Shown one piece after another: positions 1-10,248 of a stretch of 64,000 nt of DNA. A program made the position numbers and the translations under genes. Under the pieces are notes generated by a model, which did no database searches, had not been told where the DNA came from, and saw only the letters and a program-made list of their open reading frames with translations. Origin of the DNA: Staphylococcus phage vB_SepM_BE08; the sequence record MT596505.1; one strand, written 5' to 3'. How positions within the stretch are numbered: the stretch's first letter is position 1; each line of letters opens with the position of its first letter.

Positions 1-721
1 CTTGCATTAATTGTACTTGGCGACCTAAAATATTATTAACAAAATCAGCGTGTACACCAATAGGCATGTAAGCATCTGTAGCTGTACCAAAGCCTTTACC
101 GATACGTACTGAAGCTTCGTTTAATGTTTTTTCATCTAATGATTCACCATGAGCGTCAATTACGTTATCTTTATCAATTAATTTAGCTAATCCGTCAAAT
201 TCAAGACCTTCTCCACCTGGTTCTGAAGTTAATGAAGCATCACCATAGAATGAAGCCCACTCAATTGTTTTAGCAACAACTGCGATAGCATCTTCTGTTA
301 AGATTTGTGCTGGGTCTTGAATGTTGTTAACTAAACCACTAGCAATTGACATGTTTTTAGTATCAGAAACGTATTTCATTGATACTGTTCTTTGACGAAT
401 GTTAGGGTCACTTACTGGTGCTACCCCTACTTCACGAACAAAACGTGAATGTCCTACATTACCGTGACGTAAATAAACATCGTATTTAACTACTGTTGAT
501 TCAGCTGGTCTACGTGCAATATCACGATAGAAAATCAAATCATCATTAGTCCATGTTAACATAGAGATTTGGTCGTCTAAAATTTCTCGTCTTAAAGCTC
601 CTGCATCAATTTGTGTTTCAGGAGTAATACCGTGTCCTGTTTGGAACGATTTAACTACTTCTTCTTGGAACGCATCAGCATATTGGTTTTGCTGAGCATT
701 TAATTTTTTTCCGTTAGCCAT
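1..721 (-). CDS. major capsid protein, N-terminal part; the gene continues beyond the window start
   Basis: Minus-strand ORF entering from the window edge with ATG at 721 and an RBS (GAAAGGTGA) upstream. It lies downstream of portal, protease and the acidic protein in the canonical head-gene order, and shares the motif TGHGxTPETQxDAGALRRE with the adjacent protease. Confidence 0.75.
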   Translation of the reverse strand, partial: MANGKKLNAQQNQYADAFQEEVVKSFQTGHGITPETQIDAGALRREILDDQISMLTWTNDDLIFYRDIARRPAESTVVKYDVYLRHGNVGHSRFVREVGVAPVSDPNIRQRTVSMKYVSDTKNMSIASGLVNNIQDPAQILTEDAIAVVAKTIEWASFYGDASLTSEPGGEGLEFDGLAKLIDKDNVIDAHGESLDEKTLNEASVRIGKGFGTATDAYMPIGVHADFVNNILGRQVQLMQ

Positions 722-847
722 AAAAGTTAATCACCTTTCATCTTTTATTATATAAGGTAGGAAGTAGGGTGATTAACCCCTAAATCCTTTTAGTTTTTTT
801 ATTTATTAATTACATTGTATAATATAACACAATTTTGTATACTTTTA

Positions 848-1891
848 TTATTTAATAAAATCTTTGATTAATTCTACGTCATTTTCTGTAGCTCTTTCAG
901 GACTAGCTGTTACGTTAGTGTAAGCTTGACGTAATTTATTTAAATGAGCATAGTTCTTATCTTTACGTGAAGCTTGCTCTTTAAATTTATCCATAAACAC
1001 TTTTCGTTCTTCTTGAGTTAATCCTTCTTCTGAAGTTTCTGCTTCTTCTTGTGAGCTTTCTGTTGATTGTTCTGATTTACCTTCGGATACTTCGTCAGCT
1101 TCTGGTGTTTCAGTATCAATAGACTTATTAACAAAGCCTTCAGCTTTACCTTCTTTTTCTTGTGTAGTTGAAGTTACAGATTTTTGAGTTGTTTCTTCTT
1201 CTTGGTTTCCATCTTCTTTAGTTTCTTCTTCTTGGTTTCCATCTTCTTTAGTTTCTTCAACATTTGTTGCTTCTGTTTCTTTTTTATCTAATACAGCATC
1301 TAACTTATCATTTAATTCTTTAAACTCAGATTTAGTAACAAATTGTTCTTTTTCTTGTGAAATAGCTTCTAAAGATTTTAAAACTGTAGAGAAACCTGTA
1401 AGAATATCTTCATCAGAAATTGATTTAGAAGTTTTTTCTTTTCCTTCTTTTTTATCTTCTTTAGAGTCTTTCTCTTCTTTCTTGTCTTCTTTACCTTCTT
1501 TAGAATCTTCTTTTTCTTCTGAATCTTTATCTTCTTTTTTATTTTTACGTTTCTCGTTATCTTTATCTTCTGTCTTAGTATCTTTATGGTCTACAGGGTC
1601 TTTTGATTCTTTAGTAGACTTTTCTACTGTATCGTCTTTCTCTGGACTTACATCTTCAGTACCTTCTGATTCTAATTTCTCTCCTTCTTCTTGAGCTTCT
1701 TTAGAATCTTCTTCAGTTACCTTTTCAGGTTCTTTATTTTCTGTAGCTTGAGTTTCAGCTGTTTGTGTTTCTGTTTCTTCTACCACATTATCTTTTGTTT
1801 CTGTATCTTCTGTTTTATCTTCTTGAGACTTAGTGATAGATTCATTAAGTTTATCATATTCTTCTAAGATATTTGATAATCCTTTAGCCAT
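848..1891 (-). CDS. highly acidic E/K/D/T-rich protein between protease and capsid; possible scaffold-like head assembly protein
   Basis: 347-aa ORF with low-complexity acidic composition. Its position between prohead protease and MCP is typical for scaffolding. It contains a 30-bp tandem duplication encoding TKEDGNQEEE twice. Confidence 0.55.
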   Translation of the reverse strand: MAKGLSNILEEYDKLNESITKSQEDKTEDTETKDNVVEETETQTAETQATENKEPEKVTEEDSKEAQEEGEKLESEGTEDVSPEKDDTVEKSTKESKDPVDHKDTKTEDKDNEKRKNKKEDKDSEEKEDSKEGKEDKKEEKDSKEDKKEGKEKTSKSISDEDILTGFSTVLKSLEAISQEKEQFVTKSEFKELNDKLDAVLDKKETEATNVEETKEDGNQEEETKEDGNQEEETTQKSVTSTTQEKEGKAEGFVNKSIDTETPEADEVSEGKSEQSTESSQEEAETSEEGLTQEERKVFMDKFKEQASRKDKNYAHLNKLRQAYTNVTASPERATENDVELIKDFIK

Positions 1892-1893
1892 TA

Positions 1894-2664
1894 TTATAAA
1901 TGCTCCTTCCTAATTTGCATTACTGCTAACTCAGCGTCTTTTCTTGAAAGACCTTTAGCAAGCTGTAATGTTATAATGGATTCTTCATAACCCATTTGAT
2001 TAGATTTATTCAAATCTTCTACAATATTATTCCAAGTATCATTAAATTTTTTCAAATCTTTAATCTTAGTTACATATGTTAAGTTTGTAATACTAGATGC
2101 TAAAGATTCTCTACGTAATGCTCCTGCGTCTGTTTGCGTTTCAGGTGTAGTTCCATGTCCTGTTAAGAATGATTTAACAAAACTTTCCCATGTTGCCTCA
2201 GGGTTTGCTGGATTTTTAACTAAAGCGACACCTGTAATTGTTACTTCATCAATAACTCTGTTATCATTTACATTACGTTTTTTTACTGCACCTTCAATAC
2301 TAAAACCTAACTTACGACCACTTCCAGATTTTTCTAATTTCTCTGCTAAGTCTAACATCTTAATAACATTTTCGTTATCTTTAAATAAGTTAGCTTCGAT
2401 ATATAATCCTTTTTCAACATCAACATAGCAATTATCTGTAGGGAAACCTACTACTTCATCTTGATTATGCTCATAGTTAACATAACCGTGCTCTTTAAAA
2501 TAACTTATGTCAATTCCTTTAGGGTTTATAATATCTGATTGTAAATCTAATGCTGGTGTACTAGCCCAGCCTGAAACTTTAGAAAATTGTTCTGTATCCT
2601 CTTTTGTGCTTACAGATTTTGATAAGTCCATAGGAACAAAAGCATTAAACTTCATTTCTTCCAA
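1894..2664 (-). CDS. prohead (head maturation) protease, HK97-like family
   Basis: 256-aa ORF directly downstream of portal. A GFSIEG-type segment and the gene order are typical of HK97-like proteases. It shares a putative cleavage motif with the MCP. Confidence 0.65.
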   Translation of the reverse strand: MEEMKFNAFVPMDLSKSVSTKEDTEQFSKVSGWASTPALDLQSDIINPKGIDISYFKEHGYVNYEHNQDEVVGFPTDNCYVDVEKGLYIEANLFKDNENVIKMLDLAEKLEKSGSGRKLGFSIEGAVKKRNVNDNRVIDEVTITGVALVKNPANPEATWESFVKSFLTGHGTTPETQTDAGALRRESLASSITNLTYVTKIKDLKKFNDTWNNIVEDLNKSNQMGYEESIITLQLAKGLSRKDAELAVMQIRKEHL

Positions 2665-2805
2665 AGGTTTTTACACCTCACTTGTCTAGTTAATTTTATT
2701 ATTTTCTATGTATAATATAACACTTTAAGTTTAATATAATAAAAATAACTAACTAATATGTATATTATACCACATATTAGTTAGTTTACAAAATTAATTT
2801 AATAA

Positions 2806-4536
2806 TTATTTTTTAAAATCTTCAGGTTTTTCGTTATTAGGATTTTTACTTGTTGTCATACCTTGTTGATTTGTATTTGTTTGATTTTTAACTTGTCCGT
2901 CTTTACCTACTTCATTACTTTCTTGTTCTGTATCTTGCTCATTTGTTGTTTCTGTATTTTGGTCTTCTCCTTCTGAGCTTAATACATTTTGCATCATTTC
3001 TAATTTTTCTTTTCTTTGTGCATCTTCATATTGATTTTGTTGGTATATTTGTCCTACTCTTTGTACATATACACCGTTAAGTATAGTGTCTCCGCCTTCG
3101 ATTGGTGGTTCACCTAATTCTTTTCTTACTTCATTAACAGTTAAAGCTACTTCTGCTTTAGCTTTAAGTATTTCTATTTTATCTTTTTCAGATTTAGAAT
3201 CTCCACCAACAAATTGGAATGTATATTTATCTCCATACTCAGATACAATATGTCTATTTATTAAGTCTTCTATAAATCTTAATAAAGGTTGTAATCCTTT
3301 ATTTTGAGAAGCTTGGTGTTTTTTAGACGGGTCTGCTTCGTTTAATGTATTTCCACCTTTAGAACTTGTAGCTCCTCCTCTGTTAGGGAAGTTAATTTCA
3401 GCGGGGTCAATTCCATACAGACTTGAAATAATATTAATAAGATAGTTTAACCATTTCTCAAATTGCATATCATTTGCTGTAGGTGTCATATTTACAAAGT
3501 TAACGTCATCAGCCATCATTACAGGCACTTGCCAACTTCCATTAATACCAGAGAAACTAGATTTCCATTCTCTTTTAAAATTTTCTAATGCATGTTGAGA
3601 TTGTTGTTGGTCTGCTTTTATTTGTAATATACCTCTAGTTGTTCCTCCATGACTAAAGAATCTGTCATTAAAGTTTTCAGTATTATTATAAGCTATAAAT
3701 TCTTTCATAGCTATCTCTACTTCAGAAAGTCCATATCCAGAAGCATTAATATCTGTTCTAGGGTTTCTTATACCCATAGCAAGTTCTCTAGAAGTAAAAT
3801 AAGCTACAACTTTTTTATCTATAACTTGTACAAATCTTTTACCACCTTTTATAATTTTACCCTTCTTATCAGTAGCATAGAATATTGTACTAGGGTCAAC
3901 AGCTATGAACTTATCTAACTTAGTACCATTCTTTTTATTAAATACTTTTTCAAAATTAACTTGGTCGTATAAATAAGTATCTCTAACTATTTTCCTACAG
4001 AAAGTTTGAAAAGAATCTCTATCTACATCTTTATCTCTTCCTGTATTTAATATAAATTCTTCAATTCTTTTAATTTCTTCTTTTTCTTTTTTACCAGGTT
4101 CTGCTTCTAAATCACGCATACGTACTTCAAAACCTAATCCTCTTTCAGAATATCTAGAAGGTTGACAATACATAGCTACCTGATTTGCTCTAGTAAGTAT
4201 AATTGCATTTAGTATAGGATTATTACCAAACTTTTTAAGAACATCATGTAAATTATGCTCATTCTTTGTATAACTTCTTTTATCTCTAAACTCTGGATTA
4301 GTATCCATTAAAGACAAAAAAGGTTCTGCATATGCCTGCTGATTACCATATAGAGATTTTGATATGCTCTTATTTAAATTAACATTATCTTGTTCTATTT
4401 TTTTTATATTAGCTTGTAAATCACTATCTATAGGTACCGCTCCATAACTATCGGTATAGTCTTTACCTAGTCTTAAACTCTTAAATAAATCTGCCAAGTT
4501 ATTTGTCACCACCATTTCTAACCACTGATAATACAA
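2806..4536 (-). CDS. portal protein
   Basis: 576-aa ORF immediately upstream of the prohead protease, with an acidic C-terminal tail. Size and synteny are typical for Twort-like portal proteins. Confidence 0.6.
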   Translation of the reverse strand: MYYQWLEMVVTNNLADLFKSLRLGKDYTDSYGAVPIDSDLQANIKKIEQDNVNLNKSISKSLYGNQQAYAEPFLSLMDTNPEFRDKRSYTKNEHNLHDVLKKFGNNPILNAIILTRANQVAMYCQPSRYSERGLGFEVRMRDLEAEPGKKEKEEIKRIEEFILNTGRDKDVDRDSFQTFCRKIVRDTYLYDQVNFEKVFNKKNGTKLDKFIAVDPSTIFYATDKKGKIIKGGKRFVQVIDKKVVAYFTSRELAMGIRNPRTDINASGYGLSEVEIAMKEFIAYNNTENFNDRFFSHGGTTRGILQIKADQQQSQHALENFKREWKSSFSGINGSWQVPVMMADDVNFVNMTPTANDMQFEKWLNYLINIISSLYGIDPAEINFPNRGGATSSKGGNTLNEADPSKKHQASQNKGLQPLLRFIEDLINRHIVSEYGDKYTFQFVGGDSKSEKDKIEILKAKAEVALTVNEVRKELGEPPIEGGDTILNGVYVQRVGQIYQQNQYEDAQRKEKLEMMQNVLSSEGEDQNTETTNEQDTEQESNEVGKDGQVKNQTNTNQQGMTTSKNPNNEKPEDFKK

Positions 4537-4870
4537 TTGTATTATTAAATGTTAATTCACTTATATTTTTAGGTAAATTAATTTTATATTCAAATGGTTC
4601 TTCTATATAATAAAACATTTTTTTACTTTCTGTTACTAAATCATAATCCTCTAATAATATGTTGTTGTCTTTGTCTAATAAAATAACTCTATTATCTTTT
4701 GTAGCTTCTAATATCATATACTTTTGTTTATCTATAGCAATAAATACAGCAACATGTCTTCCACCAATTTGTCTGTAATAATCAACTATTTCTATCCAAT
4801 TATCTTGCATACCTTGTTGTTTAATAAATTCTTTAGCTTCATCCCATTTACTATCTTTTGAATATATCAC
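4499..4870 (-). CDS. hypothetical protein
   Basis: 123-aa ORF, compactly spaced with its neighbours. Confidence 0.45.
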   Translation of the reverse strand: MIYSKDSKWDEAKEFIKQQGMQDNWIEIVDYYRQIGGRHVAVFIAIDKQKYMILEATKDNRVILLDKDNNILLEDYDLVTESKKMFYYIEEPFEYKINLPKNISELTFNNTIVLSVVRNGGDK

Positions 4871-5237
4871 TATTATCTTCTTCCTTTTTCGTTGCTTTTA
4901 TATTTCTCTCTTTAACGTACTTTTCCATTTTATACCATAAAAAACCAATAATAGTACCTATCGTTCCTGTTCCTACGATAACAAATGGATTATAAAAGCC
5001 ATTATATTTTTCTGTATTTTCTATAGTATTTATAACGTCTATTTTAATAATATCAGATGTTTTTTGAAACATTGAAACTAAAAAATAAAATGATACTAAT
5101 AGTATAACATAATTAATTAATTTTACAAAAAAGGATTTATTTTTTTTAGCACAAGAATATATAAGTATATATAATACACTCAAACTAAGGACAATAACTG
5201 ATAGAGAAGTTATTAAATTAAAATCTATACTGAGCAT
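4851..5237 (-). CDS. small membrane protein
   Basis: 128-aa ORF with three predicted hydrophobic helices. Confidence 0.45.
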   Translation of the reverse strand: MLSIDFNLITSLSVIVLSLSVLYILIYSCAKKNKSFFVKLINYVILLVSFYFLVSMFQKTSDIIKIDVINTIENTEKYNGFYNPFVIVGTGTIGTIIGFLWYKMEKYVKERNIKATKKEEDNSDIFKR

Positions 5238-5313
5238 ATACCCACCTCAAATATGTTATTATACTATATATAATATAACATGCAAAAAAAGGGTAGTATA
5301 TATACCCTTTAAA

Positions 5314-5805
5314 TTACTTATTATCTTCCATTAATTTCTCTTTTTCTTTTTTTAATTTTAACTCTTCTTCTTCTTTAATTCGTTGCTTTTCTTCGTAATT
5401 TTCTCTTAACATAAAGTTTAATCCTAATTGAACTTCATTTCCAGATAGTACATTACTCATATAAAAGTCTTCAATTACAATGTCACCTAAAGGAAGTGCT
5501 TTACCTTTTTTAACATCTTCTTTAATTTTCTCTGTATACTCATCTAAATTAAGACGTTTATTAAATGCAATCTCAAACATTTTATTATGATACTCACCTG
5601 TAAGCTCATCATTTAATCTTGTTTGGAATAATAACATATGTGAATCAAGTTTATTTGGTGGGTCTTGTCTAAACAAGTTTAAAGTCTCATACAGGGTAGC
5701 CATAAGTTTACAAGCTAAATCACTAAAATCCTGTAATGCTTTTTCTTTTTCTTCACCCCTAATAGGTGTAATAGATTCTTCTAATGTTAATGTATTTTTT
5801 TCCAT
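5314..5805 (-). CDS. hypothetical protein
   Basis: 163-aa ORF with an RBS (AGGAGA) upstream. Confidence 0.5.
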   Translation of the reverse strand: MEKNTLTLEESITPIRGEEKEKALQDFSDLACKLMATLYETLNLFRQDPPNKLDSHMLLFQTRLNDELTGEYHNKMFEIAFNKRLNLDEYTEKIKEDVKKGKALPLGDIVIEDFYMSNVLSGNEVQLGLNFMLRENYEEKQRIKEEEELKLKKEKEKLMEDNK

Positions 5806-5966
5806 AATAAATCTCCTTTTAATTTAATAAATCTTTTATATCTTTTTCTATTGATTTTAGTTCTCTTGCAATATTAATTTCATAAATTTTACTTTTTTCT
5901 CTTTTATAATAAAACCTAATATCAATTAAAATAAATAGTATAAGTAAAACAGTATAGACAATAAAA

Positions 5967-6770
5967 TTAAACAAAAACATCATTATCACCTACAAAATTT
6001 TGAACTTCTTTTTTAGTCATTAAATATCTATCTTTAACTTTTTTAAAACCTAGATAATCTATATAATTAATAGCTTCTTTTAATTGTATATCATATATAG
6101 ATATTGCCATTTCATTATCTATACCTAGTTTTATAAGTTCAAATATAGAACGTAATCCTACTCCGCTAGATTCTGGTGAACTAATATATGATTCTAATTT
6201 TATTTCTTTGTCATATAAATTATATTCTGCTATACCTATAACATCCTCACCGTTATTGAATACTTTATAAATAGAAGATGTTTCTTTTAAATGAGATGTA
6301 TTTACACCTTTATTTTTAAGTATAGACAAAGATGTAGCTAATCTTTCTGGATTTACTTTTTCATTTATACCACCATTATCTTCAACTGAAGAACCTATAG
6401 CTGAGTTATTATTAGTTTCAGGTTGTTTATCTTGTTGCTCTTTATCTTTTGAATTTCCGTCTTCGTAAATAGTCATTTCTACTTCTTTGCCGTTTCTAAT
6501 TACTTTACGTTTAACTTTATTCAAATTAGATAAATCTTTATCTCCGCCTTTGGTTATTTTTTCAGTATTTGATTTACAAAACAATACCATATCATAAAAG
6601 CTATTAAAACCATTTGGTTTGTATAAATGTTTATATTTTTTGTTTAATGTTTCTTCGTTATTAATAACTTCATCAAAACTAAAATATTTACCTGTAAGAA
6701 AGTATAGATTATTTTCATCCATACTTTCATTATCTTTTTTCATTATATCATAAATAAACTCATTTGTCAA
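5967..6770 (-). CDS. hypothetical protein
   Basis: 267-aa ORF between the terminase and portal genes. Confidence 0.5.
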   Translation of the reverse strand: MTNEFIYDIMKKDNESMDENNLYFLTGKYFSFDEVINNEETLNKKYKHLYKPNGFNSFYDMVLFCKSNTEKITKGGDKDLSNLNKVKRKVIRNGKEVEMTIYEDGNSKDKEQQDKQPETNNNSAIGSSVEDNGGINEKVNPERLATSLSILKNKGVNTSHLKETSSIYKVFNNGEDVIGIAEYNLYDKEIKLESYISSPESSGVGLRSIFELIKLGIDNEMAISIYDIQLKEAINYIDYLGFKKVKDRYLMTKKEVQNFVGDNDVFV

Positions 6771-6783
6771 ATTAAATCACTAC

Positions 6784-7660
6784 CTAATCTATATAATAGT
6801 TTGTATTACTATTTCCTGAATTATAATTAGTAGTAACAAAAGTAGAATTAAACGCTGTACCATTTCCTTGTTGTATTAACTGTTGTATTCGTGTTAATCC
6901 GATATTTGCATATACACTTGCCTGTGCCCAGTGGTCGTCACCTTTACGTTTAATTACTTGATACATTTCTTCTTTTTTCTCGTCTTCCTCATCCATAATT
7001 AAAACATTTTGCCAATGTTTTAAATATGTTCTAAGGTCATCATCTACTTCTTGATACATACGTATATTTTTTGTTTTTAGTCCTTGGATATAAATCTTAT
7101 TTTGCATAAGCTTATCAACAGTTACCGTATTATCTTTTTCATTAAATTTAGGTCGTAACTGTCCTGTAGAACGTGGACTGGAATTGTAAGTACATCCAAA
7201 AACTTTATCTTCTCCGAAATGGTTTATAAGTTTTAGGACATTATTACCGCTATCCCCATTATCTGCTATAATAATGTCTGGTTCATATTTAGAAATTTCC
7301 CATATAATTGTTTCTAAATCAGCTTCAACCATATTAGGTCTTGTGTTTTTCTTAACAGAAAATAATCTTATTAAATCTTTTTTACCATCAGGCAATACAC
7401 CGTGAACTGTAACCCAGTGGTGATTTCCCCAATCAATTCCTACAGAAATATAAGAATAATTACCTCTGTTAAACATTTGTTTTTTAGCAACAGGTGATTT
7501 ATTTTCAAATACATCCTCTTCAAGAACACGCATTTTAACATCTTCATAAGGCATACCTAAAGAATAGTTATAAAATGCTTGCTTAGAATCTGTGTTCATT
7601 TCTTTTTCTACTAATTGGTCTGCTGAAATCCATACAGCGTTCATTTGAGATATATAATAC
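6784..7660 (-). CDS. terL: terminase large subunit, exon 3 (C-terminal RNase H-like nuclease domain); 5' boundary approximate, frame stays open back to about 7713
   Basis: Nuclease-domain motifs (GIDWG, IIIADNGDSGNN). The reading frame continues upstream of the first Met into intron sequence. Confidence 0.7.
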
Positions 7661-9001
7661 CCTCTAATACCTGAATTATTTTTTGTTCGTTCAGGGTAAC
7701 GACATTCCCCAATTACTACCCCTAGTTTCCTAGTATTTTAAAGGGTTTAGACTATATCATGACTACTTTTTTTGGTTAGTAGTCCCTTGCTTTACATTAC
7801 TTAACATTAATTCTATTTCTTCTTTAACACTATCAAAAGTGTATTTAGTATAAGGTATTTCTAGTAAATAAAAATTATTATTTTTAGAAAATTCCTTTTT
7901 AATTCTATCATTTTTTTGTTGTTTCAAAAAATATTCTTCTCCACCAAATAACTCTACAGGCTTATAATGTTGTTGACCTTGATACTCAATTAAAACATTA
8001 TATTCAGGTAAGTAAAAATCATAAGACAGATTATTTATATTTTTTAGACCTTTGAATTTTTTCTGAGCTTCAAAATTTATATCTAAAGAGTTTAGAACAG
8101 CCTCTACCAATTTCTCACCTCTAGAATAATTGCACTTAGGACATCTTCTACCTCTATAAAACATAAAAGGATAAACTGAATACTCATTACCACATGTATT
8201 ATGTCTTATCTTTACTTTATTTTTAACGCCTGTATACTCTCCTATTAAAGTATATTCACCTTGAGTTACATACTCAATTTCTTTTTTGTACTCTTCTGTT
8301 GTTTTTAAATTATCTTTAGATAACTTATTATTAAGACAACTCTTACATTGTGTACCACTTAATAATGAGTCAGGTCTAATATAATATTCTGAACCACAAG
8401 ATAAATGCTTGACTTTTACTTTATCATTCATGGTTTTATACTCAGTTAAAACTTGATATTTGTTACCATGAATATCTTGTACTTCTTTTAAGAACTGCTC
8501 ATGAGTTTTTCTTTTATTTTTACCTTTTTTAGTATCTGAACATCTTTTGCATTTACCACTTCTCAATAAATATTTAGCTACAGGTTCAAATTCATAACCG
8601 CAAATTTTATGTTTTACTTTGATACGTGAATTTATACCATTATAAGTACTTAAAAGAATAAATTCACTATTAAATTTATCATATAATTCACTTTTAAATT
8701 CTTCATGTGTTTTCTTTTTAGTCAATATATTTCCCTCCTTACCTATTATTTTAATATTTTAATGTTAAGTAATTTTTATCTAGTTCTCACTTATTCCTTT
8801 TAATAAGCTACCTAGAAATTTAGTCGTTAGGCTTTTACTATAATATAATTATATCATATATTGTTATTTTGTCAATAATTAAATTACAGATTTAGCACGG
8901 TTGGTTCCCACTGTCTGTGTATAGTCAGATTTAGGGTTTCTTACCAGTATATTATTTTTCTATACATTATTTTACTATGCCCGTTTAACAAGGTTTTAGG
9001 T
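7661..9001 (-). other. group I intron 2 in terL (boundaries approximate), carrying a homing endonuclease ORF
   Basis: It interrupts the terL reading frame, with a stop codon right after exon 2. It contains a td-like core segment (CCGTGCTAAATCTGTAAT, AACGACTAAATTTCTAG) that is shared almost verbatim with intron 1. Confidence 0.6.
7763..8725 (-). CDS. intron-encoded homing endonuclease with repeated Cys-rich modules and a C-terminal Vsr/DUF559-like PD-(D/E)XK domain
   Basis: 320-aa ORF inside terL intron 2. Three repeats of the form KVKHxxCGxEY...C..C, plus a C-terminal motif YDFYLPEYNVLIEYQGQQHY that matches the C-terminus of the free-standing ORF at 32310..33737. Confidence 0.7.
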   Translation of the reverse strand: MTKKKTHEEFKSELYDKFNSEFILLSTYNGINSRIKVKHKICGYEFEPVAKYLLRSGKCKRCSDTKKGKNKRKTHEQFLKEVQDIHGNKYQVLTEYKTMNDKVKVKHLSCGSEYYIRPDSLLSGTQCKSCLNNKLSKDNLKTTEEYKKEIEYVTQGEYTLIGEYTGVKNKVKIRHNTCGNEYSVYPFMFYRGRRCPKCNYSRGEKLVEAVLNSLDINFEAQKKFKGLKNINNLSYDFYLPEYNVLIEYQGQQHYKPVELFGGEEYFLKQQKNDRIKKEFSKNNNFYLLEIPYTKYTFDSVKEEIELMLSNVKQGTTNQKK

Positions 9002-9004
9002 ATG

Positions 9005-9694
9005 CTAGAAAGTTAACACACCATTATACCATCTATCTAAAGGTTTACCACATTTTTGACATACATATTGGTATGTTCCATCTTGTACTGTTTTTGCTTG
9101 TTCATCAATACCTTCAGGATTAACCAATAATAAGTTACCACTTTGTTCTAAATTATTCTCATCATAAGGAGCATATTTCATCTCGTTATGATAATCACAA
9201 TGTTGACAAACATGTGCATAGTACCATTGGTCTGATTGTTGATATAATTTATGAATACCTACACCTGGAGCTGAAGGTGTTGAGAATCTTCTAACAATGT
9301 GTAATGGTGAACTTGACATAGATTCAAGTGCTGATGATTCAGCAAGTGAGTTAACACGTTCATATTCATCCATAGCTAAAAAGTCAATATCCACACCCTC
9401 AACTGAACCTGGTTTACTACTCGTTCTAAAGAATAGACTAGAGTTTCTTATTTGTTTATACCCTAAAGAATCTTTATCCCAATTTACTATATCTTTAAAA
9501 TATGATTTTTCTAAAACAGGATTAAGCCTTGACTGAACAAATTTCTTAAGTTGCTCTTGTGTTGGAAACGTATACAAACATTTTACATTTTTAAAACTAT
9601 ACATATCTGCAAAATGTACCATTTCCATTACACTCATCTCACTTAATCCAAGCTGACGTGACTTAATTACTGCTTTGTTAGGATGAGTATCATT
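9005..9694 (-). CDS. terL: terminase large subunit, exon 2 (ATPase core); boundaries approximate
   Basis: Walker A-like KSRQLGLSE lies upstream of the first Met, and Walker B-like IDFLAMDEYE is also present. The frame is open from about 9694 to the stop at 9002. Confidence 0.65.
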   Translation of the reverse strand, partial: NDTHPNKAVIKSRQLGLSEMSVMEMVHFADMYSFKNVKCLYTFPTQEQLKKFVQSRLNPVLEKSYFKDIVNWDKDSLGYKQIRNSSLFFRTSSKPGSVEGVDIDFLAMDEYERVNSLAESSALESMSSSPLHIVRRFSTPSAPGVGIHKLYQQSDQWYYAHVCQHCDYHNEMKYAPYDENNLEQSGNLLLVNPEGIDEQAKTVQDGTYQYVCQKCGKPLDRWYNGVLTF

Positions 9695-10019
9695 TCAATT
9701 ACTACCGTTACTTTCGTAATACTTTAACATTCATTTAAGAATCGGTTTAGACTATATCACAACCCTTATTTTTGGTTAAGGGTTCTCTGCTTTACGGAAT
9801 ATTATTCCTCTTATCTATTAAAATAGAAATTTAGTCGTTAGGCATTTACTATAATTCAATTATATCATACATTTTTATTTTGTCAATAATTAAATTATAG
9901 ACTTAGCACGGGATTGCCTCTATCCGTTAGGACTTAGGTTCTCTTACCAGCTTATTCATTATTCAGCTTTGCCCGTTTAACAGAGTTATTCAATACATAT
10001 TACTACATAAGGTCGCAAA
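9695..10019 (-). other. group I intron 1 in terL, about 325 nt with no ORF; boundaries approximate
   Basis: It lies between the exon 1 stop (TAA at 10020-10022) and the exon 2 frame. It has the same conserved core blocks as intron 2 (CCGTGCTAAGTCTATAAT, AACGACTAAATTTCTA). Confidence 0.55.
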
Positions 10020-10022
10020 TAA

Positions 10023-10238
10023 TTATACGATTTTAACTTGCCAAGGTCTATGTGCTTGTGCTTTACTTCTATCTCTGTTAGGTATACTAAATGTAATAGG
10101 ATGTCCTCTAAGTGTATGATATTTCAACATATAAGTACTAGGATTAAGCATATTCAATATATGGTCTAACTGTTCTCTAGTAACTTTTTTAGTTTTAAAA
10201 GTTTCCTGTGTCATTTTTATTAACTCTTTACCATCCAT
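10023..10238 (-). CDS. terL: terminase large subunit, exon 1 (N-terminus)
   Basis: 71-aa ORF (MDGKELIKMTQETF...) ending in a stop at the intron start. The reading frame resumes in exon 2. Confidence 0.65.
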   Translation of the reverse strand: MDGKELIKMTQETFKTKKVTREQLDHILNMLNPSTYMLKYHTLRGHPITFSIPNRDRSKAQAHRPWQVKIV

Positions 10239-10248
10239 AAATATCCTC

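Noticed and set aside
1482-3918. Plus-strand ORFs 1482-1694, 2507-2689, 3086-3307 and 3649-3918
   Set aside because: They lie antisense and fully inside the capsid-module genes, encode serine- and leucine-rich low-complexity translations, and have no RBS. They are shadow ORFs of AT-rich DNA.
9297-9536. Plus-strand 79-aa ORF
   Set aside because: Antisense inside terminase exon 2.
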